From: Vicinamibacteria bacterium
GTDB lineage: Bacteria > Acidobacteriota > Vicinamibacteria > Marinacidobacterales > Marinacidobacteraceae
Assembly (NCBI GenBank): GCA_963668695.2
Contig: CAXXLQ010000004.1
Span: 2,688,001 to 2,752,000 of the forward strand
Direction: 5' to 3'
Length of the DNA: 64,000 bases
The notes under the pieces are model-generated. The model did not search any database and was not told where the DNA came from. It saw only the letters and a list, made by a program, of their open reading frames with translations. Both the position numbers and the translations under genes were made by a program. The first letter of the stretch is position 1, and each line of letters begins with the position of its first letter. Of this stretch, positions 39,348-49,461 are shown in pieces.

Positions 39348-40745
39348 GTGAGTGCGACCGCCGCCGTAACCGATTTCATCCTCGACACGACGATCGAGGA
39401 CTTTTCCGACGCGCTGCTCGACGAAGGCCGCCGGTGCGTGACTGACGGAGTGGGCGTGATCCTCGCCGGCTCCACCGATACCTGTTCGCGCATCGTCCAG
39501 GAACAGATTGCCGCCCAGGGCGGGCGTCCCGAGGCGGCCATCCTCGGCCCCGCGGGACTCCGCGCGCCGGCATCCCTCGCCGCCCGGGCGAACGGGACCG
39601 CCGGCCACGCGCTGGACTTCGACGACACGCAGCTCTCGAACGCCCCCGACCGGATCTTCGGGCTGCTGACGCACCCCACGGTGGCGCCGCTCGCCGCGGG
39701 ACTCGCGATGGCGGAGCGGGAGGGCGCGAGCGGCGCCGGCCTGCTGGAGGCGTTCCTGGTCGGTTTCGAGGTGGAATGCAAGATCTCGGAAGCCATTGAT
39801 CCCCGCCACTACATGGAGGGTTTCCACTCCACCGCGACCGTTGGGGCTCTGGGAGCCACGGCGACCGCGGCCAAGCTGGCCGGTCTGGACCGTGAGGAGC
39901 TGGCCATGGCGCTGGGAATCGCGGCGAGCCTCGCTTCGGGCATCCGGCTCGGCTTCGGCACGATGACGAAGCCGCTCCACGCTGGGCGGGCGGCCGAAAA
40001 CGGAATCCTGGCGGTGGAGCTGGCGGCGCGCGGTTACACCTCGGGGCGCGACGCACTGGAAGCGACGTGGGGTTTCTTCCGGGTTTTCGGAGGCGGCTTC
40101 GATCCGGACCGGCTGAACCTCGGCAATCCCTACACCCTGCTCGATCCGGGCGTTTCGGTGAAGATGTTTCCCTGCGGCAGCCTCAGCCACCCGAGTCTCG
40201 CCGCGCTTCTGGAACTGATTCAGACGCACGACCTCGCGCCGGGAGATGTGGAGCGGATCACCTTCCGGGCGGGGCGCAACATCCTGAATCCGCTCCGGTA
40301 TCTCGATCCGCAAAACGCCCTTGAGGCCAAGTTCTCCATCCCGTTTCTGCTCTCGAGCGCCGTGCTCCGGCGGCGGGTGGGGATTCCCGAGTTCGCGGAC
40401 GATTTCGTTCGTTCTCCCGAGGTGGTGGCCATGATGCGGCGGGTCGCCGTGCAGTTCGATCCCGAGATCGACGCGCGCGGCTACGACCGCATGCGGAGCG
40501 CCATGGACGTAATCCTGAAGGACGGTTCGCAGCTCACAGTCGAGGCCGACGTCTATCCGGGCGGTCCCGAGCGGCCCCTGACGCGCGAGGAACTGCGGCA
40601 GAAGTTCCGCGACTGCGCGGTTGACGCCCTTCCCCCCGACCGGATCGAGGAAGCGCTCGCGCAGGTCGAAGCGGTGGACGAGGCGCCCCGGCTCGCGGAC
40701 CTGGCGGCCGCCCTCTCCGGGGCGGCGGCGGGGGTCGCGGCATGA
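39348..40745 (+). CDS. MmgE/PrpD family protein
   Basis: HALDFDD, GFHST, TMTKPLHAG, FPCG; GTG after AAAGGA. Confidence 0.9.
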   Translation: MSATAAVTDFILDTTIEDFSDALLDEGRRCVTDGVGVILAGSTDTCSRIVQEQIAAQGGRPEAAILGPAGLRAPASLAARANGTAGHALDFDDTQLSNAPDRIFGLLTHPTVAPLAAGLAMAEREGASGAGLLEAFLVGFEVECKISEAIDPRHYMEGFHSTATVGALGATATAAKLAGLDREELAMALGIAASLASGIRLGFGTMTKPLHAGRAAENGILAVELAARGYTSGRDALEATWGFFRVFGGGFDPDRLNLGNPYTLLDPGVSVKMFPCGSLSHPSLAALLELIQTHDLAPGDVERITFRAGRNILNPLRYLDPQNALEAKFSIPFLLSSAVLRRRVGIPEFADDFVRSPEVVAMMRRVAVQFDPEIDARGYDRMRSAMDVILKDGSQLTVEADVYPGGPERPLTREELRQKFRDCAVDALPPDRIEEALAQVEAVDEAPRLADLAAALSGAAAGVAA

Positions 40746-42688
40746 GGGTCTTCCGCCTCTTCCTGCTGTTTCCCGTCGCCCTCGCGGCATGCGGGTCGGA
40801 CCCCGGGGAGGCTCCCGATGCGGCCCGGAGCGTCGCGCCTCCCTACGAGGCGGTGCAGGTCGAAGAGAACCTCATGCTCCCGATGCGCGACGGCGTGCGG
40901 CTCGCTACCGACGTCTATCGCCCCGGTCGCGACGGCGAGCCGGTGGACGAGTCGTTCCCGGTGCTGCTCCACCGCACTCCGTACAACAAGGCCGGCGAAC
41001 GCCTCGCCGAGCAGGCGCGCTGGTTCGCCTACCACGGCTACGTGGTGGTGGTGCAGGACATGCGGGGCCTCTACTTCTCCGAGGGCGTCTTCCAGAAGTA
41101 CCACGAATTCGACGCCCCCGACGGGTTCGACACCATCGAGTGGGTCGTCGGCCTCGACTACACCCTGCCGTCGGTGGGCATGTGGGGCACCTCCTATGGG
41201 GCCCACACCCAGGCCGACGCGGCAAAGCTGAGTCCCCCCGGCCTCGACACCCTGGTGCTGACGATGGGCGGCCTTTCGGACGGCTGGACGCACAAGGTGC
41301 GCAACCACGGCGCCTTCGAGCTGGGCCAGCAGCTCGGCTGGGCGCACAGCCAGCTCGCCGCGGTGACCGACGAGCCGAGCATCCGGGCGCGGCTCGAGCA
41401 GGAGGGTCCGGCCGACTGGTTTCCCGCCACCCCATTCCAGAAAGGTGAGAACCCGCTGTCCGCCGCCCCCAATTTCGAGGACTACTACCTCGAGATGCAA
41501 AACCACGGTGACTACGACGACTACTTCCGGGGCATCGGCCGCAACTGGGCCGAGTACTACGAGCAGAGTTCGGACATCCCCATGCTGCACGTCGGCGGCT
41601 GGTACGACTCCTACGCTCCGGGCACCATCCAGAGCTTTCTCGAGCTGTCCCGCGTCAAGTCCTCTCCCATGATGCTCGTCATGGGACCGTGGACCCACGC
41701 CGGCAACAACCGGTCCACCGCCGGCGACATCGAGTTCGGGGAGGCCGCCGCCATCGAAGACTTCGCCCGCGACTTCCATCTGCGCTGGTTCGACGCGCGC
41801 CTGAAGGGGCAGGGGACCTTCGCGCCGTTCGGGGACGAACGGATTGAGGGGGAGTCAACCGGCCCGGTGACCCTCTTCGTGATGGGCGGGGGCGACGGCC
41901 GCCGGGACGAAAACGGCCGCCTGTTCCACGGCGGCGAGTGGCGGACGGCTGCCTCCTGGCCCCTCGAGGGGACCGAGATGACTCCCTTCCACCTGCGTGC
42001 CGGGGGCGGGTTGACCCCCGAGTCACCGGAGGAGGACGAAGGTTCCTCGCCGTACACCTACGATCCGGAGCACCCGGTCCCCACGATCGGCGGCGCCTTC
42101 TCGGGCGCTCTCAAGCGGGGCGGTTACGACCAGCGGGAACGGACGTTCCAGTCGCTTTCCGGAGGATCCGAGAACGGATTCTTCGGTTCCGAGGTGGACG
42201 ACCGCCGGACGGCCGACCGGGAAGACGTCGTCGTCTTCGAGACGGAACCGCTGGAGGAAGACCTGGAAGTCGTCGGGCCGGTATCGGCGCGGCTCTGGGT
42301 CTCATCGAGCGCACCCGATACCGACTTCACCGCGAAGCTGGTGGACGTGTATCCCGCGAGCGACGACTATCCGGAAGGCTTCGATCTCAACATCACCGAC
42401 GGCATCCTGCGGGCTCGCTACCGGGACTCGCGGGAGCTTGAGTCGCCGATGAATCCCGGGGAAATCTACGAACTGGAGGTCACCCTCTTTCCTACCGCCA
42501 ACCGGTTCCAGGCCGGCCACCGGATCCGTCTGGAGATCTCCAGCTCGAACTTCCCGCGCTTCGATCCGAACCCCAACACCGGCGAACCCCTCGGGCGTCA
42601 TACCCGCATGGTCCCGGCGGACAACGTGATCCATCACTCCGCGGATCGCCCCTCGGCACTGATCCTTCCGGTCCAGCCGGCCCGGTAG
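40742..42688 (+). CDS. CocE/NonD family hydrolase, lipoprotein
   Basis: MRDGVRLATDVY, RTPY, GTSY, GWYD, GPWTH, SSNFPRF. Confidence 0.92.
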   Translation: MRVFRLFLLFPVALAACGSDPGEAPDAARSVAPPYEAVQVEENLMLPMRDGVRLATDVYRPGRDGEPVDESFPVLLHRTPYNKAGERLAEQARWFAYHGYVVVVQDMRGLYFSEGVFQKYHEFDAPDGFDTIEWVVGLDYTLPSVGMWGTSYGAHTQADAAKLSPPGLDTLVLTMGGLSDGWTHKVRNHGAFELGQQLGWAHSQLAAVTDEPSIRARLEQEGPADWFPATPFQKGENPLSAAPNFEDYYLEMQNHGDYDDYFRGIGRNWAEYYEQSSDIPMLHVGGWYDSYAPGTIQSFLELSRVKSSPMMLVMGPWTHAGNNRSTAGDIEFGEAAAIEDFARDFHLRWFDARLKGQGTFAPFGDERIEGESTGPVTLFVMGGGDGRRDENGRLFHGGEWRTAASWPLEGTEMTPFHLRAGGGLTPESPEEDEGSSPYTYDPEHPVPTIGGAFSGALKRGGYDQRERTFQSLSGGSENGFFGSEVDDRRTADREDVVVFETEPLEEDLEVVGPVSARLWVSSSAPDTDFTAKLVDVYPASDDYPEGFDLNITDGILRARYRDSRELESPMNPGEIYELEVTLFPTANRFQAGHRIRLEISSSNFPRFDPNPNTGEPLGRHTRMVPADNVIHHSADRPSALILPVQPAR

Positions 42689-42707
42689 GCGGCCGGCCGG
42701 CGGCGGC

Positions 42708-44162
42708 TCAGTTCGCGGATCGGCGGAGGACGAGAGATCCGACCACCGCGACGGTTGCGTTCAGGAAAGCACCCAACAGGCCGGCGTGGATGCCGGCGAC
42801 CTTCCCGTAGCCGGCGAGCGTGAGCCCGGCGGCGAGGAGCGTGCCGCAGACGACGCCGGCGAGCGCCGCGCGGGCCGAGAGCCGCGGCCAGGTCAACCCC
42901 AGCACGAAGACGGGCGCCGCCTGCACCAGCAGTTCCATCTTGAGTTCCAGAAGTCCCCAAAGGCTGATCCGCGGGGTGAGGGCGATCGCCACCAGCACCC
43001 CCATGATGGCGAGCGAAAAGCCCTTCCCGATGCGGGTGATGCGGGCTTCTTCCACCGCGGCGCCGGCGCGGCGGCCCAGCACCGGGGCCACGAAGTCCTT
43101 GGCCAGCATCGAGGAAAGCGTCAGCAGCACCGAGTCGGCGGTGGACATGATGGCCGCGACGACTCCCACCACGGTCACGATGCACATCCAGAACATCCAC
43201 TCGGACTCGGCCGCCCAGCCGCGAAGGAGCGCCGGGAGCACCTGATCGGCCGCGATCCCCGTCAGCCCGCTGAGCCGCGGGAGCGCCAGGATGCCGACCA
43301 GGAAGACCGGCAGAGTGGTGAGGAAGGGGAGGAACGCCAGGACCGAGAGCGCCTTCCGGAGCGAGGTGCTGCTCCGGGCGGCGAAGATCCGCTGGATCGC
43401 CTGGGGATACACGGCGCCCGAAAAACCGATCAGCAGGATGGTGCTCGCCCAGGTGGCCTGCGTGGTGGCGTCGGGACGGAAGCCCTTCGCGGGCTGGTTC
43501 TCGAGAACCCAGGCGGTGGCCTCCCCGATGCCCTCGCCGGAGAACATGGTGGCGGCGAGCAGGCCGAAGAGCCCGATCGCGAGCAGGATTCCCTGCAGAC
43601 AATCGGTCCACGCGACCGCCCGGAGTCCGCCCAGGAGTTCGTAGCCGAGGATCGCGGCGGTGAGCACCAGGACCCCGGCCGCGTAGGGGATCGCCCCGTC
43701 GGAAAGGCCCGCGACCACGTGCCCCATCGCCATGAGCTGGGCGAGCAGGTAGTTGGCGATGGCCACCGCCATCAGCAGGTTCGTGACCCGGGTCAGCGCC
43801 GGATTCCCGAACCGCTGGTCGAGCCAGTCCGCCGGGGTCACGAACCGGTGGCGCTCGGAAGCGGCGCGGAGCCGGGGCGCGACCACCAGATAGACGACCA
43901 CGATGGCCAGCATGAAGCCGACGCTCATCACCCACGGGAACCCCACCCGATACGCCTCTCCGGGATAGCCAACCAGGGTGTTCCCGCTGTACTGGGTGGC
44001 GTAGAGCGTGAAGAGGAGCACCACGCCGCCGAGCCCGCGTCCGGCAAGATAGAAATCGGCGAGCGATTCCGAGGCGCGGGCGGCGCGCGCCCGGATGCCG
44101 AGGAAGGCCAGCACCGCGATGTAGACGGCGAGAGCGGCGACCACCGCTGGTCCGAAACCCAC
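42708..44162 (-). CDS. Sodium:solute symporter
   Basis: DFYLAGR, GGLRAVAWTD, AIMSTADS. Confidence 0.92.
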   Translation of the reverse strand: MGFGPAVVAALAVYIAVLAFLGIRARAARASESLADFYLAGRGLGGVVLLFTLYATQYSGNTLVGYPGEAYRVGFPWVMSVGFMLAIVVVYLVVAPRLRAASERHRFVTPADWLDQRFGNPALTRVTNLLMAVAIANYLLAQLMAMGHVVAGLSDGAIPYAAGVLVLTAAILGYELLGGLRAVAWTDCLQGILLAIGLFGLLAATMFSGEGIGEATAWVLENQPAKGFRPDATTQATWASTILLIGFSGAVYPQAIQRIFAARSSTSLRKALSVLAFLPFLTTLPVFLVGILALPRLSGLTGIAADQVLPALLRGWAAESEWMFWMCIVTVVGVVAAIMSTADSVLLTLSSMLAKDFVAPVLGRRAGAAVEEARITRIGKGFSLAIMGVLVAIALTPRISLWGLLELKMELLVQAAPVFVLGLTWPRLSARAALAGVVCGTLLAAGLTLAGYGKVAGIHAGLLGAFLNATVAVVGSLVLRRSAN

Positions 44163-44165
44163 GGA

Positions 44166-44405
44166 TCAGTTCTCCCGGTGGTCCTCGTGGCCGTCCTCGT
44201 GGCCGTCCCAGAGCCGGAGCGCCGCGTACGACACGAGGCAGCTCACGCCGAAGGTGCAGAGGAGGGAAACCACCGCCCAGGAAGGGAGCCCGAGAACGAT
44301 GGAGGGCCTCCCGTCCCCGAACCACCAGGGAATCGAAAACGCGTAGAGCGCGCCGATCGCCGCGAAGAGCCACGGGTGGCGGAGCGGATCGCGCCGGAGC
44401 TTCAT
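44166..44405 (-). CDS. Small two-TM symporter-associated membrane protein
   Basis: SIPWW...LGLPSW; directly upstream of the SSS gene. Confidence 0.7.
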   Translation of the reverse strand: MKLRRDPLRHPWLFAAIGALYAFSIPWWFGDGRPSIVLGLPSWAVVSLLCTFGVSCLVSYAALRLWDGHEDGHEDHREN

Positions 44406-44521
44406 GGATGGCGACGATATGGCAGTTTGGGCTTCGGGAAAACGGCGACGGGAAAACGCCGTGACCGCAGAGGCGCCACCCGCCAGATCGGCGGGCTACG
44501 CCTCCGGGTTGCGAGTCGGTG

Positions 44522-44944
44522 TCAGCGCGCTCCCAAGCGCTCGAGCAAGGCCGCCGGAGTGAGGATCGGGACGGCGGGAAGACCGGTCACCTCCAAGAGG
44601 TCCAGATCACCGGTTGCCAACGCGTCCGCTTCGCCCAGCAGTGCCGTCTCGGTGAGTTTGTCGTCATCCGGGTCGCGGCATCCCAGTCTGGCGCCCGTGA
44701 TCCAGACCCATTCCGACACCGCGCGGAGGCGGGCCCGATAGACGGCGCTGGTCCTCCGGCTGGCGTAAGGATCGAACTTGGCCTTCATGACACGTGTCTG
44801 ACGTTCATCGAACGTCTGATCGGAGAACAACAAGAGGCCGCCCGCGCGTCCCACTGCCTCCAGGGCCTCACGGGGCGCGTCCGCCGGCCAGAAGGCAGCG
44901 CTGATCAGTACATTCGTGTCCAGGACAACCCGCTCAGCTCTCAT
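44522..44944 (-). CDS. PIN family toxin
   Basis: VVLDTNVLISA, CRDPDDDK, TGDLDLL. Confidence 0.85.
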   Translation of the reverse strand: MRAERVVLDTNVLISAAFWPADAPREALEAVGRAGGLLLFSDQTFDERQTRVMKAKFDPYASRRTSAVYRARLRAVSEWVWITGARLGCRDPDDDKLTETALLGEADALATGDLDLLEVTGLPAVPILTPAALLERLGAR

Positions 44945-45185
44945 CCGCGAGGAGTGTGCCGAGAGCCGACGCGGTCAGCCCCTTGGCAGAGGCTTCCGCG
45001 CCGAGGGCATCCATCGTCGCCGTAAGACGTTCCCAGGCAGCGCCGCGGAGACGTTCGTGCTGCTCCACCGACATCACCACGCTCACACCGCGACCCTTCC
45101 GGGTGAGGAGCACGGGAGCTGTCTGGGAGGCGTCAAGCAGATGACCGAAGCGGTTTCTGGCGTCCCGGGCCGGGATCTCTCTCAT
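44934..45185 (-). CDS. Phd/YefM family antitoxin
   Basis: ARDARNRFGHLLD..Q.APVLLTRKGR. Confidence 0.85.
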   Translation of the reverse strand: MREIPARDARNRFGHLLDASQTAPVLLTRKGRGVSVVMSVEQHERLRGAAWERLTATMDALGAEASAKGLTASALGTLLADES

Positions 45186-45203
45186 GGGAGCCATTATGGC
45201 TAA

Positions 45204-45382
45204 CAGCCTGTGGTGGAACTCGCGTGAGCGCCGAGAGCGGTGAGGCGCCCGGCTGACAAGGCGCGTGAGGGAGGAATACCGGGTGTATTTCGACCGAAAC
45301 GCAACGCAGAGCGCCGCAAAGCGGCGCGGTTCAGGCGGGATGGATCGCCGCTCGAACGCCGCGTGGGTTTCACCACAGGCTG
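45204..45382 (+). mobile_element. 179-bp MITE copy 7
   Basis: Perfect TIRs; flanks CTAA/TTAA. Confidence 0.92.
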
Positions 45383-45561
45383 TTAACAGAGCCACTCCTG
45401 ATTGAAGGTCCTCCGGTCAGCACCTGAGCCAGGTGGAGTACCGGTTACGGCCGGCCCGGTTCGACGGGCGGAGGCTCGCCGGCCGCAGGTCAGCATCCGG
45501 TCCCATCTCGGGCGCGCCGCTGGACCCGGAACGCGGGATACTTTTCCGCCGAGGTATTCCC

Positions 45562-46778
45562 ATGACTGTCCGTCTGCTTGCTCTTTGCGCGCTTGCCGCG
45601 ATGTTTGCCCGCCCGCCACCGCTCAGGAGCCCGACCTGGCAATCGTCGGCGGTTCGGTGCTGGATGTGCGCGCCGGGACCATGTCCCGCGCCAACGTCCT
45701 GATCGGGGACGGGCGGATCCTGTCGGTGGGGCCGGAAGCTCCACCGGCGGGGATCGAGACGCTGGACGTCACCGGGAAGTTCGTGCTGCCCGGGTTCATC
45801 GACGCCCATACCCACGCCGACCAGCTCTCCCAGGTTCGGCGGGCGCTGGAATCGGGCGTCACCACCCTCCGGAGCGCGAGCGTCGGCTCCTACCGGGATG
45901 TGGCCATCGGGCGGATGGTCGCGGCCGGCCACCTCGCGGGCCCCGACTATGTGGGCTCGGGCATCTTCGTCACCACGAACATCGGGGACGCCCGGCTCGC
46001 TTCCGAGAGCCTGTTCGGGATTTCCGACGAAATCGGCAGCGAAGCCGACTTGAGGATGCTCGTGCGGGTGAACGCCGAGAACGGGGTCCGGGCGATCAAG
46101 ACCCGGGCTACCGAGCGGGCCGGGCTCCCCAACACCGATCCGAGGAAGCAGGTGTACTCCGAAGCGCAGCTTCGGGCGGTCGTCGAGGAGGCCACCGCCC
46201 TCGGCATTCCCGTGCTCTGCCACGCCCATGGCGACGAGGGCGCGCGCGCCGCGGTGCTCGCCGGGGTGGCGAGCATCGAGCACGGAACCTTCCTCACCCG
46301 GGAGACGCTCGAGCTCATGAAGGAACGCGGTACCGTGCTCGTCCCCACCTACACCACCCTCATCGACCTCGACGAGCCGGGCGGGGACTACGAGCACCCG
46401 GTCCTGACGCTGCGCGCCGACTTCATGTTGCCCCGGATGGAGCGGACGATGCGGATGGCCCAGGAGATCGGAGTCCGGCTGATCGCCGGCGGCGACACCA
46501 GCTACGGCCCCGAGAGCGTCAGCCGGATCGGCGTCGAGGTGGCGAACTTCGTGAAGGTCGGTCTACCCCCCATGGAAGCCATCCGGGGCGCCACCCTCTA
46601 CAGCGCCGAACTGCTCGGAATTGCCGAGGACACGGGGGCGATCGAGCCGGGGAAGGAAGCGGACCTGATCGTGGTGGTGGAGGATCCGCTCGAGCACATC
46701 GCGGCGATCCAGGACGTGGTGGCGGTGGTGTCGAACGGCCGCTTGGCGGTGAACCGGCTGCCGTTCGGAGTCCAGTAG
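45562..46778 (+). pseudogene. Secreted amidohydrolase frameshifted in its signal peptide
   Basis: PGFIDAHTH, CHAHG, SIEHG, GGD; GAGG-ATG 45562 (MTVRLLALCALAAMF) is out of frame with ATAQEPDLAI. Confidence 0.7.
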
Positions 46779-46788
46779 CCGCGGGCCC

Positions 46789-46975
46789 GGCGGCGCCGGT
46801 TTCAACTACCCCGAGTCTGCGGTTCTGATCGAGGAACCGGAGCGCGCCGGCGCCTCGGTGGCGATCACCGCGGCCGCCCAGGTGTTGCGCGCGGCAAACC
46901 AACACCTACGAGCAGGGGACCGCGAGCAGGGGACCGAAGGACACCAGGCGACGGTACGCGCTCCCCTGGCTTCCG
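46789..46975 (+). pseudogene. Diverged fragment of the acyl-CoA dehydrogenase gene (homologous to 49650-49822)
   Basis: GGCGGCGCCGGTTTCAACTA...TCGGTGGCGATCACCG...CTGGCTTCCGG collinear with the intact gene. Confidence 0.8.
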
Positions 46976-46984
46976 GGCCCCCAC

Positions 46985-47572
46985 TCAGTCCTTCCGGTAC
47001 GCCCTCTCGATCCGCACCGGCGGCGTCAACTGCTGAGCTTCATACGGCGCCAGGTGAATCGCCCGCACCACCTCCATCCCCTCGACCACTCTGCCGAACG
47101 CGGCAAAACCCTGCCCGTCAGGGTTCCGCATGCCTCCGAAATCGAGCGACGGCTGATCGCCGATGCAGATGAAGAAGCTGTCCGTGGCCGTGTCCGGGCC
47201 GGTACGCCCCATCGAGACCGCGCTGTCAACATGCAGGATCCCCGTATCGGTGGTCCGCTCCAGCGCGATCGCCGGGAAGGCGTCCGCCGCCGTCTCGGGA
47301 TTTCGGCCGCCCTGGATGACCGCGATCCGGATGGAGTCGTTGGGCTGGTTTTGTGCGTGCACGGTGCGGAAGAAGGTGCCACCGTCGTAGTGCCCACCGT
47401 CCACGTAGCGGAGGAAGTTGTGGGCGGTCACGGGGGCCCGGTCGATATCGACCTCCAGTTCGAAGGCGCCCATTTCGGTTTCGATGACGACCCGCACGGG
47501 ATCGTCGGGTGCTGGTGGGGCGAGCGCGAAGCCGCCGGTCACGAACGCCAGTAGGGGCAGGAGAGCGATCAT
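46985..47572 (-). CDS. Cyclophilin-type peptidyl-prolyl isomerase
   Basis: APVTAHNF, IQGG, DSFFIC, FAAFGRVVEGMEVV. Confidence 0.92.
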   Translation of the reverse strand: MIALLPLLAFVTGGFALAPPAPDDPVRVVIETEMGAFELEVDIDRAPVTAHNFLRYVDGGHYDGGTFFRTVHAQNQPNDSIRIAVIQGGRNPETAADAFPAIALERTTDTGILHVDSAVSMGRTGPDTATDSFFICIGDQPSLDFGGMRNPDGQGFAAFGRVVEGMEVVRAIHLAPYEAQQLTPPVRIERAYRKD

Positions 47573-47727
47573 CGTCCGTCGAGGTGCGGCGTGAAGGGGT
47601 CTGCGCCGAGGTGTTCCGCAGTATGTCAGACCTCCGCGCTCTGTCCCCTTCCTTTGCCGGCGTGATCGGCATGCTGCGGTTCGAAGTCCAGTAGCCCCGG
47701 GCCCGGCATGAGCGTCGGGCTCCTGGA

Positions 47728-47779
47728 ATGACCGATCGATCGGTCGGTTGATACTAATATGACTTGTTCATCGGTCATT
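47728..47779. promoter_or_regulatory. hipBA operator palindromes
   Basis: ATGACCGATCGATCGGTC and ATGAC..ATCGGTCAT upstream of the HTH gene. Confidence 0.55.
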
Positions 47780-47789
47780 TCATAGCATC

Positions 47790-48125
47790 ATGTCGATCTC
47801 GCCACCCATCAATTCCCGCCTCTCCCGGCAAGCTCTCGGTCTGCTGGGCAAGCGGATCCAACTCGCCCGCAAGGGACGGCGGATGTCCGAGAAGGATTTG
47901 GCGGCTCGTATCGGCATCGCCCGGAGCACCTTGCAGCGGATCGAGAGGGGTGACCCCGCGGTCGCCATCGGCCGAGTGTTTGAAGCGGCGGTCATCACCG
48001 GGGTGGATCTGTTCGTCCCGGAAGCGACCTCGCTGGCGCCCGAGATTCGGCGGACCGAGGAGCGGCTCGCCCTGATGCCGGGCTCGGTGCGCAGAACCCG
48101 GCGCGAGGTGGACGATGACTTCTGA
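47790..48125 (+). CDS. HipB-like XRE HTH antitoxin
   Basis: LAARIGIARSTLQRIERGDP; overlaps hipA. Confidence 0.85.
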   Translation: MSISPPINSRLSRQALGLLGKRIQLARKGRRMSEKDLAARIGIARSTLQRIERGDPAVAIGRVFEAAVITGVDLFVPEATSLAPEIRRTEERLALMPGSVRRTRREVDDDF

Positions 48126-49461
48126 CGGCTCGTCGCCCCGCGAAGCCTTCGTGTGGATTTGGCTGCCCGGGCGGACGGCGCCGGTAGTGGCTGGACGCCT
48201 CCAGGCGGAAGCCGAGCGGTTGGTCTTCACCTACGGACGCTCCTATCTCGCACGGGATGACGCGATTCCTGTCCATTTGCCAGAACTACCGCTTCGGAGG
48301 GGCATCATCGAGCCCGAGCCGCCGCTTCCGGTCGCAAACGCCCTGCGCGACGCGTCGCCCGACGCCTGGGGGCGGCGGGTGATCGCCTATCGGCTCTCAA
48401 GCCGCTCCGACAACTCGGCCGATGCCGACGTGGATGAACTGACGTTCATGCTGGAGTCAGGGTCGAACCGGAGCGGCGCTCTCGACTTCCAGGCATCCCC
48501 CAAGTACTACGTTCCTCGAGAGACTCCGACCGCCACCGTCGATGACCTCCTGACGGCCGCGGAGTGCCTGGAGCGGGGTGAGTCAATCCCGTCCGAGTTG
48601 GCGGAACCGCTCCAACATGGCTCGTCCATCGGGGGCGCGCGGCCAAAGGCGGTCCTGAAACAAGGTGACCAGCAACTGGTTGCCAAGTTCTCCTCTTCGA
48701 ACGACACCTTCAATGTGGTCAAGGCCGAGTTCATCGCCATGCGCCTGGCGCATCTGGCCGGGCTCGAAGCTGCTCCGGTCTTGCTCGTGCAGGCGATGGG
48801 CCGGGATGTGCTCCTCGTTCGGCGTTTCGACCGCGAGCTCACGGAGCGAGGCTGGACACGGCGCGCCATGGTTTCCGGCCTGACCCTGCTGGGTCTTGGC
48901 GAGCGGTTCGCTGCCCACGCCTCTTACGAGGATCTGGCCGATATTGTCCGGGCGCGCTTCACGGCGCCCCTTCCGACTCTGCGGGAACTCTTCGCCCGGA
49001 TGACCTTCAACATTCTCGTGGGGAACACGGACGACCACGCGCGAAACCACGCAGCCTTCTGGGACGGCGCTTGGCACACGCTGACTCCGGCCTACGACAT
49101 CTGCCCGCAGTCGAGAACGGGACGGGAGGCGTCGCAAGCCATGCAGATTCACGGCAGCGGGCGGAGGAGCCAGCTCTCGCTGTGTCTGGCGGCCGCCCCG
49201 AGATTCCGGCTGGCAGGCGAGGAGGCCCTCGCGATCATGAAACGCCAGATCACGACGATACGCGAGCGCTGGGACCAAGTCTCTGCGGAGGCCCGGCTCG
49301 GTCCCGCTGACCGGCGACTCCTCTGGCGCCGTCAGTTCCTGAACGAGCTGGCGTTCGAGGGGCTGGAGGATCGGCTGGGTGATGTCGTCCGGGACCTGTT
49401 GGACCGGGTGCGCCCAGAAGCAGTTTCGGCACCTGCTGCAAGTAGAATTCGGACGTCTTGA
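48115..49461 (+). CDS. hipA: HipA family kinase toxin
   Basis: [37 protein letters not shown]. Confidence 0.92.
   Translation: MTSDGSSPREAFVWIWLPGRTAPVVAGRLQAEAERLVFTYGRSYLARDDAIPVHLPELPLRRGIIEPEPPLPVANALRDASPDAWGRRVIAYRLSSRSDNSADADVDELTFMLESGSNRSGALDFQASPKYYVPRETPTATVDDLLTAAECLERGESIPSELAEPLQHGSSIGGARPKAVLKQGDQQLVAKFSSSNDTFNVVKAEFIAMRLAHLAGLEAAPVLLVQAMGRDVLLVRRFDRELTERGWTRRAMVSGLTLLGLGERFAAHASYEDLADIVRARFTAPLPTLRELFARMTFNILVGNTDDHARNHAAFWDGAWHTLTPAYDICPQSRTGREASQAMQIHGSGRRSQLSLCLAAAPRFRLAGEEALAIMKRQITTIRERWDQVSAEARLGPADRRLLWRRQFLNELAFEGLEDRLGDVVRDLLDRVRPEAVSAPAASRIRTS

Noticed and set aside
46756-46980. DGR template/variable repeat pair (46789-46975 versus 49650-49822)
   Set aside because: Differences are not adenine-specific, indels are present, and no reverse transcriptase is in the window
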